NCBI GenBank assembly: GCA_035063585.1
Contig: JAPSGB010000012.1
Span: 1 to 64,000, forward strand
From: Polyangiaceae bacterium
Lineage (GTDB): Bacteria; Myxococcota_A; Polyangia; Polyangiales; Polyangiaceae
Length of the DNA stretch: 64,000 nucleotides
Direction of reading: 5' to 3'
Part shown: piece after piece, positions 39,590 through 48,842 of the stretch
Position numbering within the stretch: position 1 is the first letter of the stretch
Layout: each line of letters opens with the position of its first letter
The notes under the pieces: generated by a model
What the model saw: the letters and a program-made list of their open reading frames with translations, nothing else
Told to the model about the DNA's origin: nothing
Database searches by the model: none
Made by a program: the position numbers and the translations under genes

Positions 39590-40399
39590 ATGCGTCGGCT
39601 CATTGGGAGAGCGTGGGCGTTGGTCCTCATGGCCGCCGTCCTCGTCGTGGCGCTCCCGTCTCGAGCCGCCGACCGCGTCGACGAGCTCGCCGAGAAGCTC
39701 GCCAGCGGCGAGGATTTCCGGATCCGCACCCAGGCTGCGCTGGCGCTCGGCGCCACCGGCAGCCCGCGCGCGGTCGAGCCGCTCTGCGGCGGCCTCGACG
39801 ACTCGAGCACTACGGTCCGCGCCGCGGCCGCCGCGGGCCTCGGCAAGCTCAACCTCGGCGGGGAGGAGTGCCTCGAGCGGCGTCTCGCCGACGAGCCGAG
39901 CAGCGCCGTGAAGAGCGCCATCAAGAAGGCGCTCGAGCGCCTGAAGCGGGGCAAGGCTCCCCGGCTCGACGCGAACTCCCGCTACTACCTCGCGATCGCC
40001 AAGACGACGGACAAGACCGGCCGAGACGGCGGCGAGGTCGACCAGCTGGTGCGCAAGACGCTCGCCGCGAGCGCGGCCGGCCTCGAGGGCGCGGTCGTGG
40101 CGCCCGCGACCGAGACGGCCGCGGAGGCCAAGCGCCTGCTCGCGGGCCACCAGCGAGTGGTCGGCTTCTACCTCTCCGCGAAGGTGTTGAAGCCGGTCTA
40201 CAGCGGAGGCTCGCTGTCGGTGAAGATCGAGCTCGCGGTCTTCACCTACCCGGGCAAGGCGCTCAAGGGGACGCTCACGAAGAAGCTCACCCAGCAGGAC
40301 GTGAGCGAGGGAGACACGGGCAGCGAGGACGAGCTCATCAAGATGGCGACGGAGCGCGTATTTCGCGCCTTCGCGGACAACATCGAGCGCATGGAATGA
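39590..40399 (+). CDS. exported HEAT-repeat protein
   Basis: Signal peptide; DFRIRTQAALALG and DSSTTVRAAAAAGLG. Confidence 0.75.
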   Translation: MRRLIGRAWALVLMAAVLVVALPSRAADRVDELAEKLASGEDFRIRTQAALALGATGSPRAVEPLCGGLDDSSTTVRAAAAAGLGKLNLGGEECLERRLADEPSSAVKSAIKKALERLKRGKAPRLDANSRYYLAIAKTTDKTGRDGGEVDQLVRKTLAASAAGLEGAVVAPATETAAEAKRLLAGHQRVVGFYLSAKVLKPVYSGGSLSVKIELAVFTYPGKALKGTLTKKLTQQDVSEGDTGSEDELIKMATERVFRAFADNIERME

Positions 40400-40647
40400 G
40401 CGCGCCTGGGGGGGAGCTCGATGAGCGCTCGGGGCCGGGCGGCGTGAGGCAAAGCTCGCGGGAGGCGGGGAGGGATGGCCGGTTCGGCGTGGCCGGCGAC
40501 CCGCCCGACCGGTCGCGCGAGGGGCGGCGAACCGCCGTCTTGTTGCGCGCCGGCCCGAGAACCCCTTACGCTGATCGCGCCGTGTGCTGGCGCGCTCGTG
40601 AGGGCTCGCGGACCGCGGCGGTGTGCGCCCGATGAGGAGATACGCTA

Positions 40648-41436
40648 ATGGCAGAGGCGGCAACTCGAGCGGCTCCGGCCGATGGCCGGCGTCAGCGTCG
40701 CTTGCGAAATTACCTGCTCGATAGCCGGTTCCAGCTCAAGTACGCGGGCTACATGGTCGGCATCGCGCTGGTCCTGAGCGTCGCGCTCGGGCTCATCTTG
40801 TGGCGGACCAGCCAGGCCGTCATCGCGCAGAGCCATCAGGCGGTAAACCAGGGTGAGCAAGTGGTCGCTCGCGGCCGCGAGGTGGTCGAGGAGAGCCGCA
40901 AGGTGAGCGCCGTGGTCCAGATGAACATCGTCAAGGATCCGGTCTACAGCGACAACCCCGCGCTCCTCGAGGCCTTCAAGACGGACGCGAAGACTCAGGA
41001 CGACCGCCTCAAGAAGCAGCAGGAAGCCCTCGAGACGCAGGCGACCGCGCTGAAGCAGCAGTCGGCGGCGCTCGCCGAGCGGCAACGCACCATGTTCATC
41101 TCGCTCTTCGCCATCCTCGCCTTGCTCGTGTTCGGCGTGGGGGTCGCCGGAATCGTCATCACGCACAAGGTCGCGGGCCCGATCTTCAAGATGAAGCGGC
41201 AGATCGGCGACGTCGCGGAGGGCCGGCTCAAGATCCCGAGCAAGCTCCGCAAGGGCGACGAGCTGGTCGACTTCTTCGAGGCCTTCGAGGCGATGGTGAT
41301 CTCGCTGCGCACGCGCCAAGAGGGAGAAATCGGCAAGCTCGAGCTCGCCCTCGGCAAGCTCGAGGGGAAAGCCGACGACGACGTGCAGGCGCCACTCCAC
41401 GCGCTCCTCCGCGACATGAAGGCCGCGCTCGACTGA
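40648..41436 (+). CDS. two-TM coiled-coil/HAMP membrane protein without output domain
   Basis: RRLRNYLLDSRFQLKY, a TM helix, a Gln-rich coil, a second TM helix, then THKVAGP...LRKGDEL; SD GAGGAG. Confidence 0.75.
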   Translation: MAEAATRAAPADGRRQRRLRNYLLDSRFQLKYAGYMVGIALVLSVALGLILWRTSQAVIAQSHQAVNQGEQVVARGREVVEESRKVSAVVQMNIVKDPVYSDNPALLEAFKTDAKTQDDRLKKQQEALETQATALKQQSAALAERQRTMFISLFAILALLVFGVGVAGIVITHKVAGPIFKMKRQIGDVAEGRLKIPSKLRKGDELVDFFEAFEAMVISLRTRQEGEIGKLELALGKLEGKADDDVQAPLHALLRDMKAALD

Positions 41437-41543
41437 GCGCCGAGTCGCGCCGCCGGCCGCGCCGGACGGGCCCATTCGGCCCCGCCCCCGGGCGAGACGC
41501 GCCCCCCGTCGCGCGGCTCGACAGGTCTCCCAGCTTGTACTAC

Positions 41544-41560
41544 TACTACGCCTAGTAGAT
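41544..41560. promoter_or_regulatory. putative BlaI-type operator 1 (TACTAC-GCCTA-GTAGAT)
   Basis: CTACTA-N4-TAGTAG inverted repeat about 25 nt upstream of the blaI-like start; a near-identical site lies at 43055. Confidence 0.7.
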
Positions 41561-41584
41561 GAAGCGCGCACCCTGGAGCCGGTC

Positions 41585-42001
41585 GTGACGTTCCGCCTGC
41601 GCGCCGGCAAGCGCGGGCTCGAGCTGCGCCTGCACGAGCTAGAGGCGGCGATCATGGACGCGGTGTGGAGCCGGCGGCTCGACGCGTTCGCGGTCGGCGA
41701 GGTGCTCGCCATCCTCGAGCGCGAGCGGCCGCTCGCCTACACGACGGTGATGACCACGGTCGCGCGGCTCTACGAGAAGGGGCTCCTCACACGCGCGCGT
41801 GACGGTAAGCGGTACCTCTACTCGCCGCGCTACACGCGTGAAGCGTTCTTACGCGCGACCGCGCGCGAGGTGCTCGACGAGGCCGTGGGCGGGCCGCAGG
41901 CGATGGCGATGCTGGTCGAGAAGGTCTCGGAGGCGTCCGCGAGCGAGCTCGACGCGCTCGAGGCGCTCATCCACAAGCGGCGCGAGGAGCTCGAGCCGTG
42001 A
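41585..42001 (+). CDS. BlaI/MecI/CopY family repressor
   Basis: ELEAAIMDAVW, LAYTTVMTTVARLYEKGLL, RYLYSP. It has no CopY C-terminal CxC. Confidence 0.93.
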   Translation: MTFRLRAGKRGLELRLHELEAAIMDAVWSRRLDAFAVGEVLAILERERPLAYTTVMTTVARLYEKGLLTRARDGKRYLYSPRYTREAFLRATAREVLDEAVGGPQAMAMLVEKVSEASASELDALEALIHKRREELEP

Positions 42002-43008
42002 GCGAAGCGGCGTTTCCGCTACTGGGCGCCGCGTTCGTGTTCGTGGTGGTGCTCCCGGCCTGCGCGCTCCTCGTGAAGCTCGCCCTGGTCGCCCTCGAGC
42101 GCGGCCGCGCGGGCGGACCGCTCGAGCTCCGCTACCTGCTCCTCACCGGCTCGAGCGCGCTGCCGCTCGCCTGGCTCGTGTCGGCCAGCCTGCACCAGCT
42201 CGAACCCGGGAAATCGGTGCTCGCGTGCCTGTTCGAGCACGCGGACGCGACCCTCTGCGCGGAGCCTGCCGCGTTCGCGTTCGTGCTCGGCGCGAGCACG
42301 CTCGCGCTCTCGCTCGGCGCGTCGAGGCGTCGCCGCGCGGCGCGCCCGGCGCGCTCGGAGGCCGCTCGCGCGCTCCTCGCGCGGCTCGCGCGCGTGGTCG
42401 CCAGTGAGCCGGGGCTCGCGCCGCTCGCGGGGCGCATGGTCGTGACGGACGAGGCGCTCGCGATCGGCACGCGCGGCTGGCTCCGGCCGGAGGTCGTGGT
42501 CGGGCTCGACTTCGCCGGCGAGCTCTCCGACCCGATGTTGGCAGGCGCGCTCGCGCACGAGCTCGAGCACGTGCGCTCGCTCGATCCGCTGCGGTATCTC
42601 GCCGTCGAGCTCGCCTTGGCCGTCAATCCGCTCGGGCGCTTCCTGCTCGCGCCGCACGCCGCGCGCTGGCTCGTCGCGCGCGAGGCGGAGTGTGATCGCG
42701 AGGCGGTGCTCGGCGGCGCCGCGCCGCTGCCGTTGGCGTATGCGATCGTGCGCGCCGCGCGCCCGAGCCCGCAGCTGGCGGTCGCGCTCGGTTCGCCGGA
42801 GCTCGCGGTCATCGAGTATCGCGTCCGGATGCTGCTCGCCTTCGCGGAGCGCGCGCCGGCTCGGCACGGCGCCGCGCGCCCGCGCCTGCTCCCGGCGTCG
42901 CTCGCGCTGCTCGGCCTCACCCTGCTCTTGCCGCACCAGACGAGCTCCGCCGCGCTCGACGTGCTCCACACCGGCTCCGAGCGCGCGCTCGTCGCCTTCT
43001 TGCCATAG
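41998..43008 (+). CDS. M56/BlaR1-like membrane zinc peptidase lacking a penicillin-binding domain
   Basis: N-terminal TM helices, GWLRPEVVV, AHELEH (HExxH), REAECDREA; GTGA overlap with the blaI-like gene. Confidence 0.85.
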   Translation: MSEAAFPLLGAAFVFVVVLPACALLVKLALVALERGRAGGPLELRYLLLTGSSALPLAWLVSASLHQLEPGKSVLACLFEHADATLCAEPAAFAFVLGASTLALSLGASRRRRAARPARSEAARALLARLARVVASEPGLAPLAGRMVVTDEALAIGTRGWLRPEVVVGLDFAGELSDPMLAGALAHELEHVRSLDPLRYLAVELALAVNPLGRFLLAPHAARWLVAREAECDREAVLGGAAPLPLAYAIVRAARPSPQLAVALGSPELAVIEYRVRMLLAFAERAPARHGAARPRLLPASLALLGLTLLLPHQTSSAALDVLHTGSERALVAFLP

Positions 43009-43019
43009 GAGGAGGAGCG

Positions 43020-44456
43020 ATGGCTCGTCGAACCTCGCTGCGTGTCGGTTCATCTACTATGCATCGTAGTAGCTTCGCGTTCGCCGGCGCGCTCGGCTTG
43101 CTGGCGGCCTGCGCAGGCGGGCCGCCCGGCGCGCGCGGGGGCGCCGCGGCCGAGTCACCGTCGCCCCACCTGCGCGGCGCGGTCGAGGGCGGCGCGCCGC
43201 GCGCCGCGCGCGCGCCGAGCCCGAGGCTCCCCGAGCCGGCCGCGGGGAGCGACGTCTCGCTCGGCGGCCTCCTCGACTATGCCGACCGGCACTCGCCGGT
43301 GCTCGCGGTCGCGCGGAGCACGCGCTCGCGCGCCGAGGCCGAGCGCATCGCGGCGTCGGTGGCGCCGGTCGGTAACCCGGACCTCTCCGTCGCGGCGGGG
43401 CCTCGCTTCGGCGGCGCGGGCACCGGCGTGGATTTCGAGCTCTCGCTCACGCAGGAGCTCGAGCTCGGCGGCGCGCGCGGGCGCCGAGTGGCCGCGGCGG
43501 ACGCGGGCGCCGAGCTCACCGACGCCGAAATCGAAGCGGTCCGGTGGGCCGTGCACTGCGACGTGCACGCGGCCTTCCACCGCGCGCTGGTCGAGCGCGA
43601 GCACCTGAAGCTCGCCGAGCGCATGGTGCAGTTTCAAGCAGAAGTGCTGAGCGTCGTCGAGCGACAGATCGCCGCTGGTGAGGCGGCGCCGCTCGCGCTG
43701 CGGCTCGCGCGCGCCGAGCTCGCGCAAGCCAAGCAGGAGCACGTCACCGCCGCGCAGGCGTCGCTCTCGGCGCGCATCCGGCTCGCGCAGCTGTCGGGCT
43801 GGCCCGTCGAAGCGCCGCCGACGCCGATCGGCGTCGTCGATCTTCCGCGCGATCCGCCGCCGCTCGAGCGTCTGCTCGCGGTGGCGCGCGAGCGGCTGCC
43901 GAGCCTGCGCGAGCGCGCGCTGCGCGTCCGAGAGGCCGAGGCGCGCGCAGAGGCCGCTGACCGCGAGGCGTGGCCGCGCCCCGCGCTCGGCGTGCAGTAT
44001 CGCCACGAGGGGAGCGCGGAGTCGGCCGAGGTCCGCGACATCGTGCTGGGCGTGGTGTCGCTCCCGCTCCCGGGGTTCCAGCGCAACCAGGGTGAGCGCG
44101 CGCGGGCTCGCGCCGAGCTCCGCGTGCGGGAGGCCGAACGCGCTGCCGCCCAGCGCTTGCTGGCAGGCGAAATCGCCCAGGCGCGCAGCGAGGTGGTGGC
44201 CGCCGCCGCGCGCACCCGCGCCTACGGCGACGAGATCATCCCCGGCTTCGAGGAGAACCTGACGCTCCTCCGGCGCTCGTTCGAGCTCGGCGAGATCGAT
44301 CTGCTCGCGCTCTCCACCGCGCGCGAGCGGTTTCTTCGGATCCAGAGCGACGCGCTCGCCGCGCACGACGACTATTTCGTCGCGCTCGCCGGGCTCGAGC
44401 GGGTGGTCGGCGTGGATCTCTGGCGCGACGATCACGATGAAGAGGCAGCGCGATGA
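43020..44456 (+). CDS. czcC: TolC/CzcC-type outer-membrane efflux protein
   Basis: Lipobox LAAC, duplicated OEP helices, SFELGEIDLL. ATG 43020 follows GGAGGAGGAG; an alternative ATG lies at 43059. Confidence 0.88.
   Translation: MARRTSLRVGSSTMHRSSFAFAGALGLLAACAGGPPGARGGAAAESPSPHLRGAVEGGAPRAARAPSPRLPEPAAGSDVSLGGLLDYADRHSPVLAVARSTRSRAEAERIAASVAPVGNPDLSVAAGPRFGGAGTGVDFELSLTQELELGGARGRRVAAADAGAELTDAEIEAVRWAVHCDVHAAFHRALVEREHLKLAERMVQFQAEVLSVVERQIAAGEAAPLALRLARAELAQAKQEHVTAAQASLSARIRLAQLSGWPVEAPPTPIGVVDLPRDPPPLERLLAVARERLPSLRERALRVREAEARAEAADREAWPRPALGVQYRHEGSAESAEVRDIVLGVVSLPLPGFQRNQGERARARAELRVREAERAAAQRLLAGEIAQARSEVVAAAARTRAYGDEIIPGFEENLTLLRRSFELGEIDLLALSTARERFLRIQSDALAAHDDYFVALAGLERVVGVDLWRDDHDEEAAR
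43055..43071. promoter_or_regulatory. putative BlaI-type operator 2 (TACTAT-GCATC-GTAGTA)
   Basis: AT-rich inverted repeat at the 5' end of czcC with the same geometry as the 41544 site. Confidence 0.7.
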
Positions 44457-45616
44457 GCTGGGTCAGGTGGCTGGGATTCGCGGCCGGCGTCTCTTGGGCG
44501 GGGCTCGGCGCCTGCGCGGGCGGTGAGCGCGCGGCGCCGAGCGAGCACGCGGACGAGCACGCGGGCGGTGCCGAGCGCCGCCTCGGAGAGGTGTCCCTCT
44601 CTCAGGAGGCGCTCGAGCGCGCGGGCATCCGAGTGGGCGTCGCGGAGCGTCGCGCGCTGACGGGCGGCGTCGCGATCCCGGCCGAGGTGCAGTTCGAGCC
44701 GACCAGCACCGCGCACGTCGGGCCGCTCGTCTCCGGGCGGATCACGCGGGTCGCGGTCGCACTCGGGGATCGGGTCGAGCGCGGGCAGCTGCTCGGTGTG
44801 GTGGCGTCGACCGACGTCTCGGCGGCTCGCGCGCGGCTCGACCAGGCGCGCGCGCGGTTGTCGGCCGCGGAGGCCACGCTCGAGCGGCAGAAGCAGCTCT
44901 CCGCCGAGGGGATCGGCGCGCAGCGCTCGCTGGTCGCGGCCGAGGCCGAGGTGGGCGAGCTGCGCGCAGAGGCCGCGGGCGTGCGGCGCCAGCTCGCGGT
45001 GGTCGGCGCGGGTCGGGGCGGCGAGCTCACGCTGAAGGCGCCCATCGACGGAGTGGTCGTTGCGGTGCACGCGACCATCGGCGAGACGGTGAGCCCCGAG
45101 CAGCCCGCGTTCGTCGTCACCGATCCGACCAGGGTCTGGGTGCGGGGCAGCGTACCCGAGCTCGAGCTCGCGCGGCTGCAGCCGGGCTCGGCCGCGGTCG
45201 TGCGGCTGCATGCGTTCCCGGAGCTAGCCATGGCTGGCAAGGTCACCTACATCGCGCCCGCGCTCGACGAGCGTACGCGCTCGCTGCCGATTCGAGTGGC
45301 GCTCGAGGCGCCCGATGCGCGGCTTCGGAGCGGGCTCTTCGGCAGCATCGAGCTCGTGGGCGGTCCGGCCGACGAGCGGCCGCTGGTCGTGCCGGTCGGC
45401 GCGGTGGCGACCCTCGGCGGACAGACGGTGGTGTTCGTGCCCGCCGGCGGCGACGGGAAGTTTCGGCCGCAGCCCGTGAGGCTCGGGCGGCGCGCCGGAG
45501 GGTTCTTCGAGGTGCGGAGCGGCCTCGACGCGGGCGAGGCGCTCGCCGTGAGCGCCGCCTTCACCCTGAAGAGCGCGCTCGAGAGCGAGCAGCTGAGCGA
45601 GGGCCACGCGCACTGA
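44453..45616 (+). CDS. czcB: RND efflux membrane-fusion subunit, CzcB-like
   Basis: Lipoyl halves (LGDRVERGQLL, LKAPIDGVV), LDERTRSL; His-bearing ends EHADEH and EGHAH. Confidence 0.9.
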   Translation: MSWVRWLGFAAGVSWAGLGACAGGERAAPSEHADEHAGGAERRLGEVSLSQEALERAGIRVGVAERRALTGGVAIPAEVQFEPTSTAHVGPLVSGRITRVAVALGDRVERGQLLGVVASTDVSAARARLDQARARLSAAEATLERQKQLSAEGIGAQRSLVAAEAEVGELRAEAAGVRRQLAVVGAGRGGELTLKAPIDGVVVAVHATIGETVSPEQPAFVVTDPTRVWVRGSVPELELARLQPGSAAVVRLHAFPELAMAGKVTYIAPALDERTRSLPIRVALEAPDARLRSGLFGSIELVGGPADERPLVVPVGAVATLGGQTVVFVPAGGDGKFRPQPVRLGRRAGGFFEVRSGLDAGEALAVSAAFTLKSALESEQLSEGHAH

Positions 45617-45626
45617 GGGGTCGCTC

Positions 45627-48600
45627 ATGAAGGCGCTCGTCGATCTGTGCCTACGGTGGCGGCTGCTCGTCGTCGTGTTCGCGACCATCGTCGCCGCCAT
45701 CGGCGTGAGGAGCGCGTTGCGGCTACCCATCGACGCGGTGCCGGACATCACCAACGTCCAGGTCCAGGTGCTCACCGACGCCGCCGCGCTCGGGCCCGTC
45801 GACGTCGAGCGCACCATCACGTTCCCGGTCGAGTCGTCGATGAGCGGGCTGCCCGGCGTCGAGGAGCTCCGGAGCGTGTCGCGGTTCGGGCTCTCGGCGG
45901 TGACCATCGTGTTCGAAGAGGGGACCGATCTCTTGCGCGCCCGGCAGCTCGTCTCGGAGCGCCTGGCCCAGGCCAAGGAGCGGCTCCCGGCGGGCGCCGT
46001 GCCGGAGCTCGGGCCGCTGAGCTCGGGGCTCGGCGAGATCCTCCAGTTCGAGCTCCGCGCCGACCGGCTCTGCGCGCCGGGAGAGCCGTCGCGCGAGGGC
46101 TGCTACTCCTCGATGGATCTCCGCTCGATGCTCGACTGGTTCGTTGCCTACGAGCTTCGCTCGGTCCCCGGAGTGGTGGAGGTGAACTCCTTCGGCGGCG
46201 AGCTCAAGACCTACGAGGTCGAGGTCTTGCCGAATCGGCTCCGTGCGCTCGACGTGTCGTTGAACCAGCTCTTCGATGCCATCGAGAAGAACAACGCCAC
46301 CGCCGGAGGGGGATACCTGGTGCGCTCCGGCGAACAGCTCCTGGTGCGCGGCGAGGGGCGAATCCAGAGCCTCGAGGAGGTCGGAGACGTGCTCATCGAG
46401 ACTCGCGCGGACGGGGTTCCGGTGCGGGTGCGCGATGTGGCCCGGGTGCACCTCGCGCCGATGCTCCGTCAGGGAGCGGTCACGCGCGATGGGCGGGGTG
46501 AGGTGGTGACCGGGATCGTGATGATGCTGGTCGGCGCGAACGGCCGCGAGGTGGTCGAGGACGTGAAGGGGAAGATCGCGCAGATTTCGCCCTCGCTCCC
46601 GCCCGGCGTGCACATCGACGTCTTCTATGATCGCGCCGAGCTCGTGAATCGCACCATCCGCACGGTGGCGAAGAACCTCGCGGAGGGCGCGCTCTTCGTG
46701 GTCGCGGTGCTGTTCCTCTTGCTCGGGAGCATCCGCGGAGGGCTCATCGTCGCCGTCACCATCCCGTTCGCGCTGCTGGTCGCCTTCACCGCGATGAAGG
46801 CGCTCGGCCTGTCGGGCAACCTGATGAGCCTGGGCGCCATCGATTTCGGCATCGTGGTGGACGGTTCCATCATCGTGGTCGAAAACGCGGTGGTGCGCCT
46901 GTCCGCCGCGGCCCGCGGCCAGGAGCGCGCGATGAGCTACGAGGAGGCGGCCCGCGTGGTGCTCGACTCGACGCTCGACGTGAGCAAGGCCGCGGTCTTC
47001 GGCGGGGTCATCATCGTCATCGTCTACGTGCCCATCCTCACGCTCTCTGGCATCGAGGGGAAGATGTTCGAGCCGATGGCGCTCACCGTGCTTTTTGCGC
47101 TGGTAGGAGCCTTCGCGGCGTCGCTCACGCTGGTGCCGGTGCTGGTCGCCACCTTCCTCCGCGGGCGCGCCGAGGCCCGCGAGCCGCTCCTCGTGCGGCT
47201 CGCGCATCGCGTCTATCCGCGCCTCTTGCGGCCGCTCATGGCCGCGCCGAAGCGGGTGATGGCGGTCGCGGCGCTGCTCCTCGTCGCCGCGCTCGGCCTG
47301 GCGTCGCGCATGGGCGGGGAGTTCATCCCGCGCCTCGACGAAGGCGCGCTCGCCATCCAGATCCTACGGCTCCCGAGCGTCTCGCTCGAGGAGAGCCTGG
47401 CGAGCGCGACCCGCTTCGAGAAGGTCATCGGTGAGTTCCCGGAGGTCGTCACCGTGGTCTCGAAGACGGGGCGCGCCGAGATCGCCACCGATCCGATGGG
47501 CGTCGAGCTCTCGGACTGCATGGTCATGTTGAAGCCGGAGGCGGAGTGGAAGACCGCACGCACCCGCGAGGAGCTCATCGCGCGCATGTCCGAGCGGTTC
47601 GCCGAGGCCTTGCCCGGGCTCGGGTTCTCGTTCTCGCAGCCCATCGAGCTTCGTATGGCCGAGCTCATCAGCGGGAGCCGCTCGGACGTCGCGCTCACCA
47701 TCTACGGCGACGATCTGGCGGAGCTCGAGCGGCTGAGTCACGAGGTCCAGGCCGTCTTGCGCGCGGTGCCGGGCGCGACCGACGTGCGCGGGGAGCAGCT
47801 CGCGGGCCTCCCGACCCTCGAGGTGACGGTCGATCGGGCGCTCGCCTCGCGCTACGGCGTCTCGATTCGCGACGCGCTCGACGCCATCGAGGTGCTCGGC
47901 GGGCGCGAGGTGGGCGAGGTGTACGAGGGCGAGCGCCGATATCGGCTGCAGGTGCGGGTCCCCGAGAGCATGCGCGACGACATCGCTCAGGTGCGCAGCC
48001 TGCCCGTGAGCGGTGAGAGCGGCCCGCTGGTCCCGCTCGGTCAGATCGCCAGCATCCAGGTGGTCGACTCGCCGGCGAGCGTGAGCCGCGAGGCGGCGCG
48101 CCGGCGAACCAACGTGGAGGTCAACGTGCGCGGGCGCGATCTCGCGTCGTTCGTCGGTGAGGCGCGGGCGCGCGTGGAGCGTGAGGTTCGGACCTCACCC
48201 GGCACCGTCCTCCGGTGGAGCGGGCAGTTCGAGAACCTGAGCGCCGCGACCGAGCGGCTCGCGGTCGCCGTACCGCTCGCGCTCGGGCTCGTGTTCGTCC
48301 TGCTCTACATGGCGTTCGGTGAGCTCCGGGCGGCGCTCATCATCTATCTGAACGTGCCCTTCGCGGCGGTCGGCGGGGTCTTCCTCCTGGCCGCGCGCGG
48401 GATGCCGTTCTCGATCAGCGCGGGCATCGGCTTCATCGCGCTCTTCGGGATCGCGGTCTTGAACGGGGTCGTGCTGCTCTCCACCGTGAAGAAGCTCCGC
48501 GCGCGCGGCGCCGCGCCGGAGGACGCGGCGCGCGAGGGCGCCGAGTCCCGGCTCCGGGCCGTGCTGATGACGGCCGCGGTCGCGGCGCTCGGGTTCGCGC

Positions 48601-48800
48601 CCATGGCGCTCTCGTCGAGCGCCGGCGCCGAGGTGCAGCGTCCGCTCGCGACGGTGGTCATCGGTGGCCTCGTGAGCGCCACCTTCCTGACCCTCTTCGT
48701 CGTGCCGACCCTCTACGCCTTCGTGTATCGGGTGCGACCCGCGCGAGGCGCCTCGGATCCGTCAGGTGCGCGCCTTGACATCCCGGGGTCCGGCCCGTAA
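45627..48800 (+). CDS. czcA: heavy-metal RND efflux pump, CzcA type
   Basis: LPIDAVPDITNVQVQV, GNLMSLGAIDFGIVVDGSIIVVEN, GAEVQRPLATVVIGGL. Confidence 0.95.
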   Translation: MKALVDLCLRWRLLVVVFATIVAAIGVRSALRLPIDAVPDITNVQVQVLTDAAALGPVDVERTITFPVESSMSGLPGVEELRSVSRFGLSAVTIVFEEGTDLLRARQLVSERLAQAKERLPAGAVPELGPLSSGLGEILQFELRADRLCAPGEPSREGCYSSMDLRSMLDWFVAYELRSVPGVVEVNSFGGELKTYEVEVLPNRLRALDVSLNQLFDAIEKNNATAGGGYLVRSGEQLLVRGEGRIQSLEEVGDVLIETRADGVPVRVRDVARVHLAPMLRQGAVTRDGRGEVVTGIVMMLVGANGREVVEDVKGKIAQISPSLPPGVHIDVFYDRAELVNRTIRTVAKNLAEGALFVVAVLFLLLGSIRGGLIVAVTIPFALLVAFTAMKALGLSGNLMSLGAIDFGIVVDGSIIVVENAVVRLSAAARGQERAMSYEEAARVVLDSTLDVSKAAVFGGVIIVIVYVPILTLSGIEGKMFEPMALTVLFALVGAFAASLTLVPVLVATFLRGRAEAREPLLVRLAHRVYPRLLRPLMAAPKRVMAVAALLLVAALGLASRMGGEFIPRLDEGALAIQILRLPSVSLEESLASATRFEKVIGEFPEVVTVVSKTGRAEIATDPMGVELSDCMVMLKPEAEWKTARTREELIARMSERFAEALPGLGFSFSQPIELRMAELISGSRSDVALTIYGDDLAELERLSHEVQAVLRAVPGATDVRGEQLAGLPTLEVTVDRALASRYGVSIRDALDAIEVLGGREVGEVYEGERRYRLQVRVPESMRDDIAQVRSLPVSGESGPLVPLGQIASIQVVDSPASVSREAARRRTNVEVNVRGRDLASFVGEARARVEREVRTSPGTVLRWSGQFENLSAATERLAVAVPLALGLVFVLLYMAFGELRAALIIYLNVPFAAVGGVFLLAARGMPFSISAGIGFIALFGIAVLNGVVLLSTVKKLRARGAAPEDAAREGAESRLRAVLMTAAVAALGFAPMALSSSAGAEVQRPLATVVIGGLVSATFLTLFVVPTLYAFVYRVRPARGASDPSGARLDIPGSGP

Positions 48801-48842
48801 GTCGAGGGGGCACGACGCCCGTCCCGCCCGGTCGGGCAGCCG

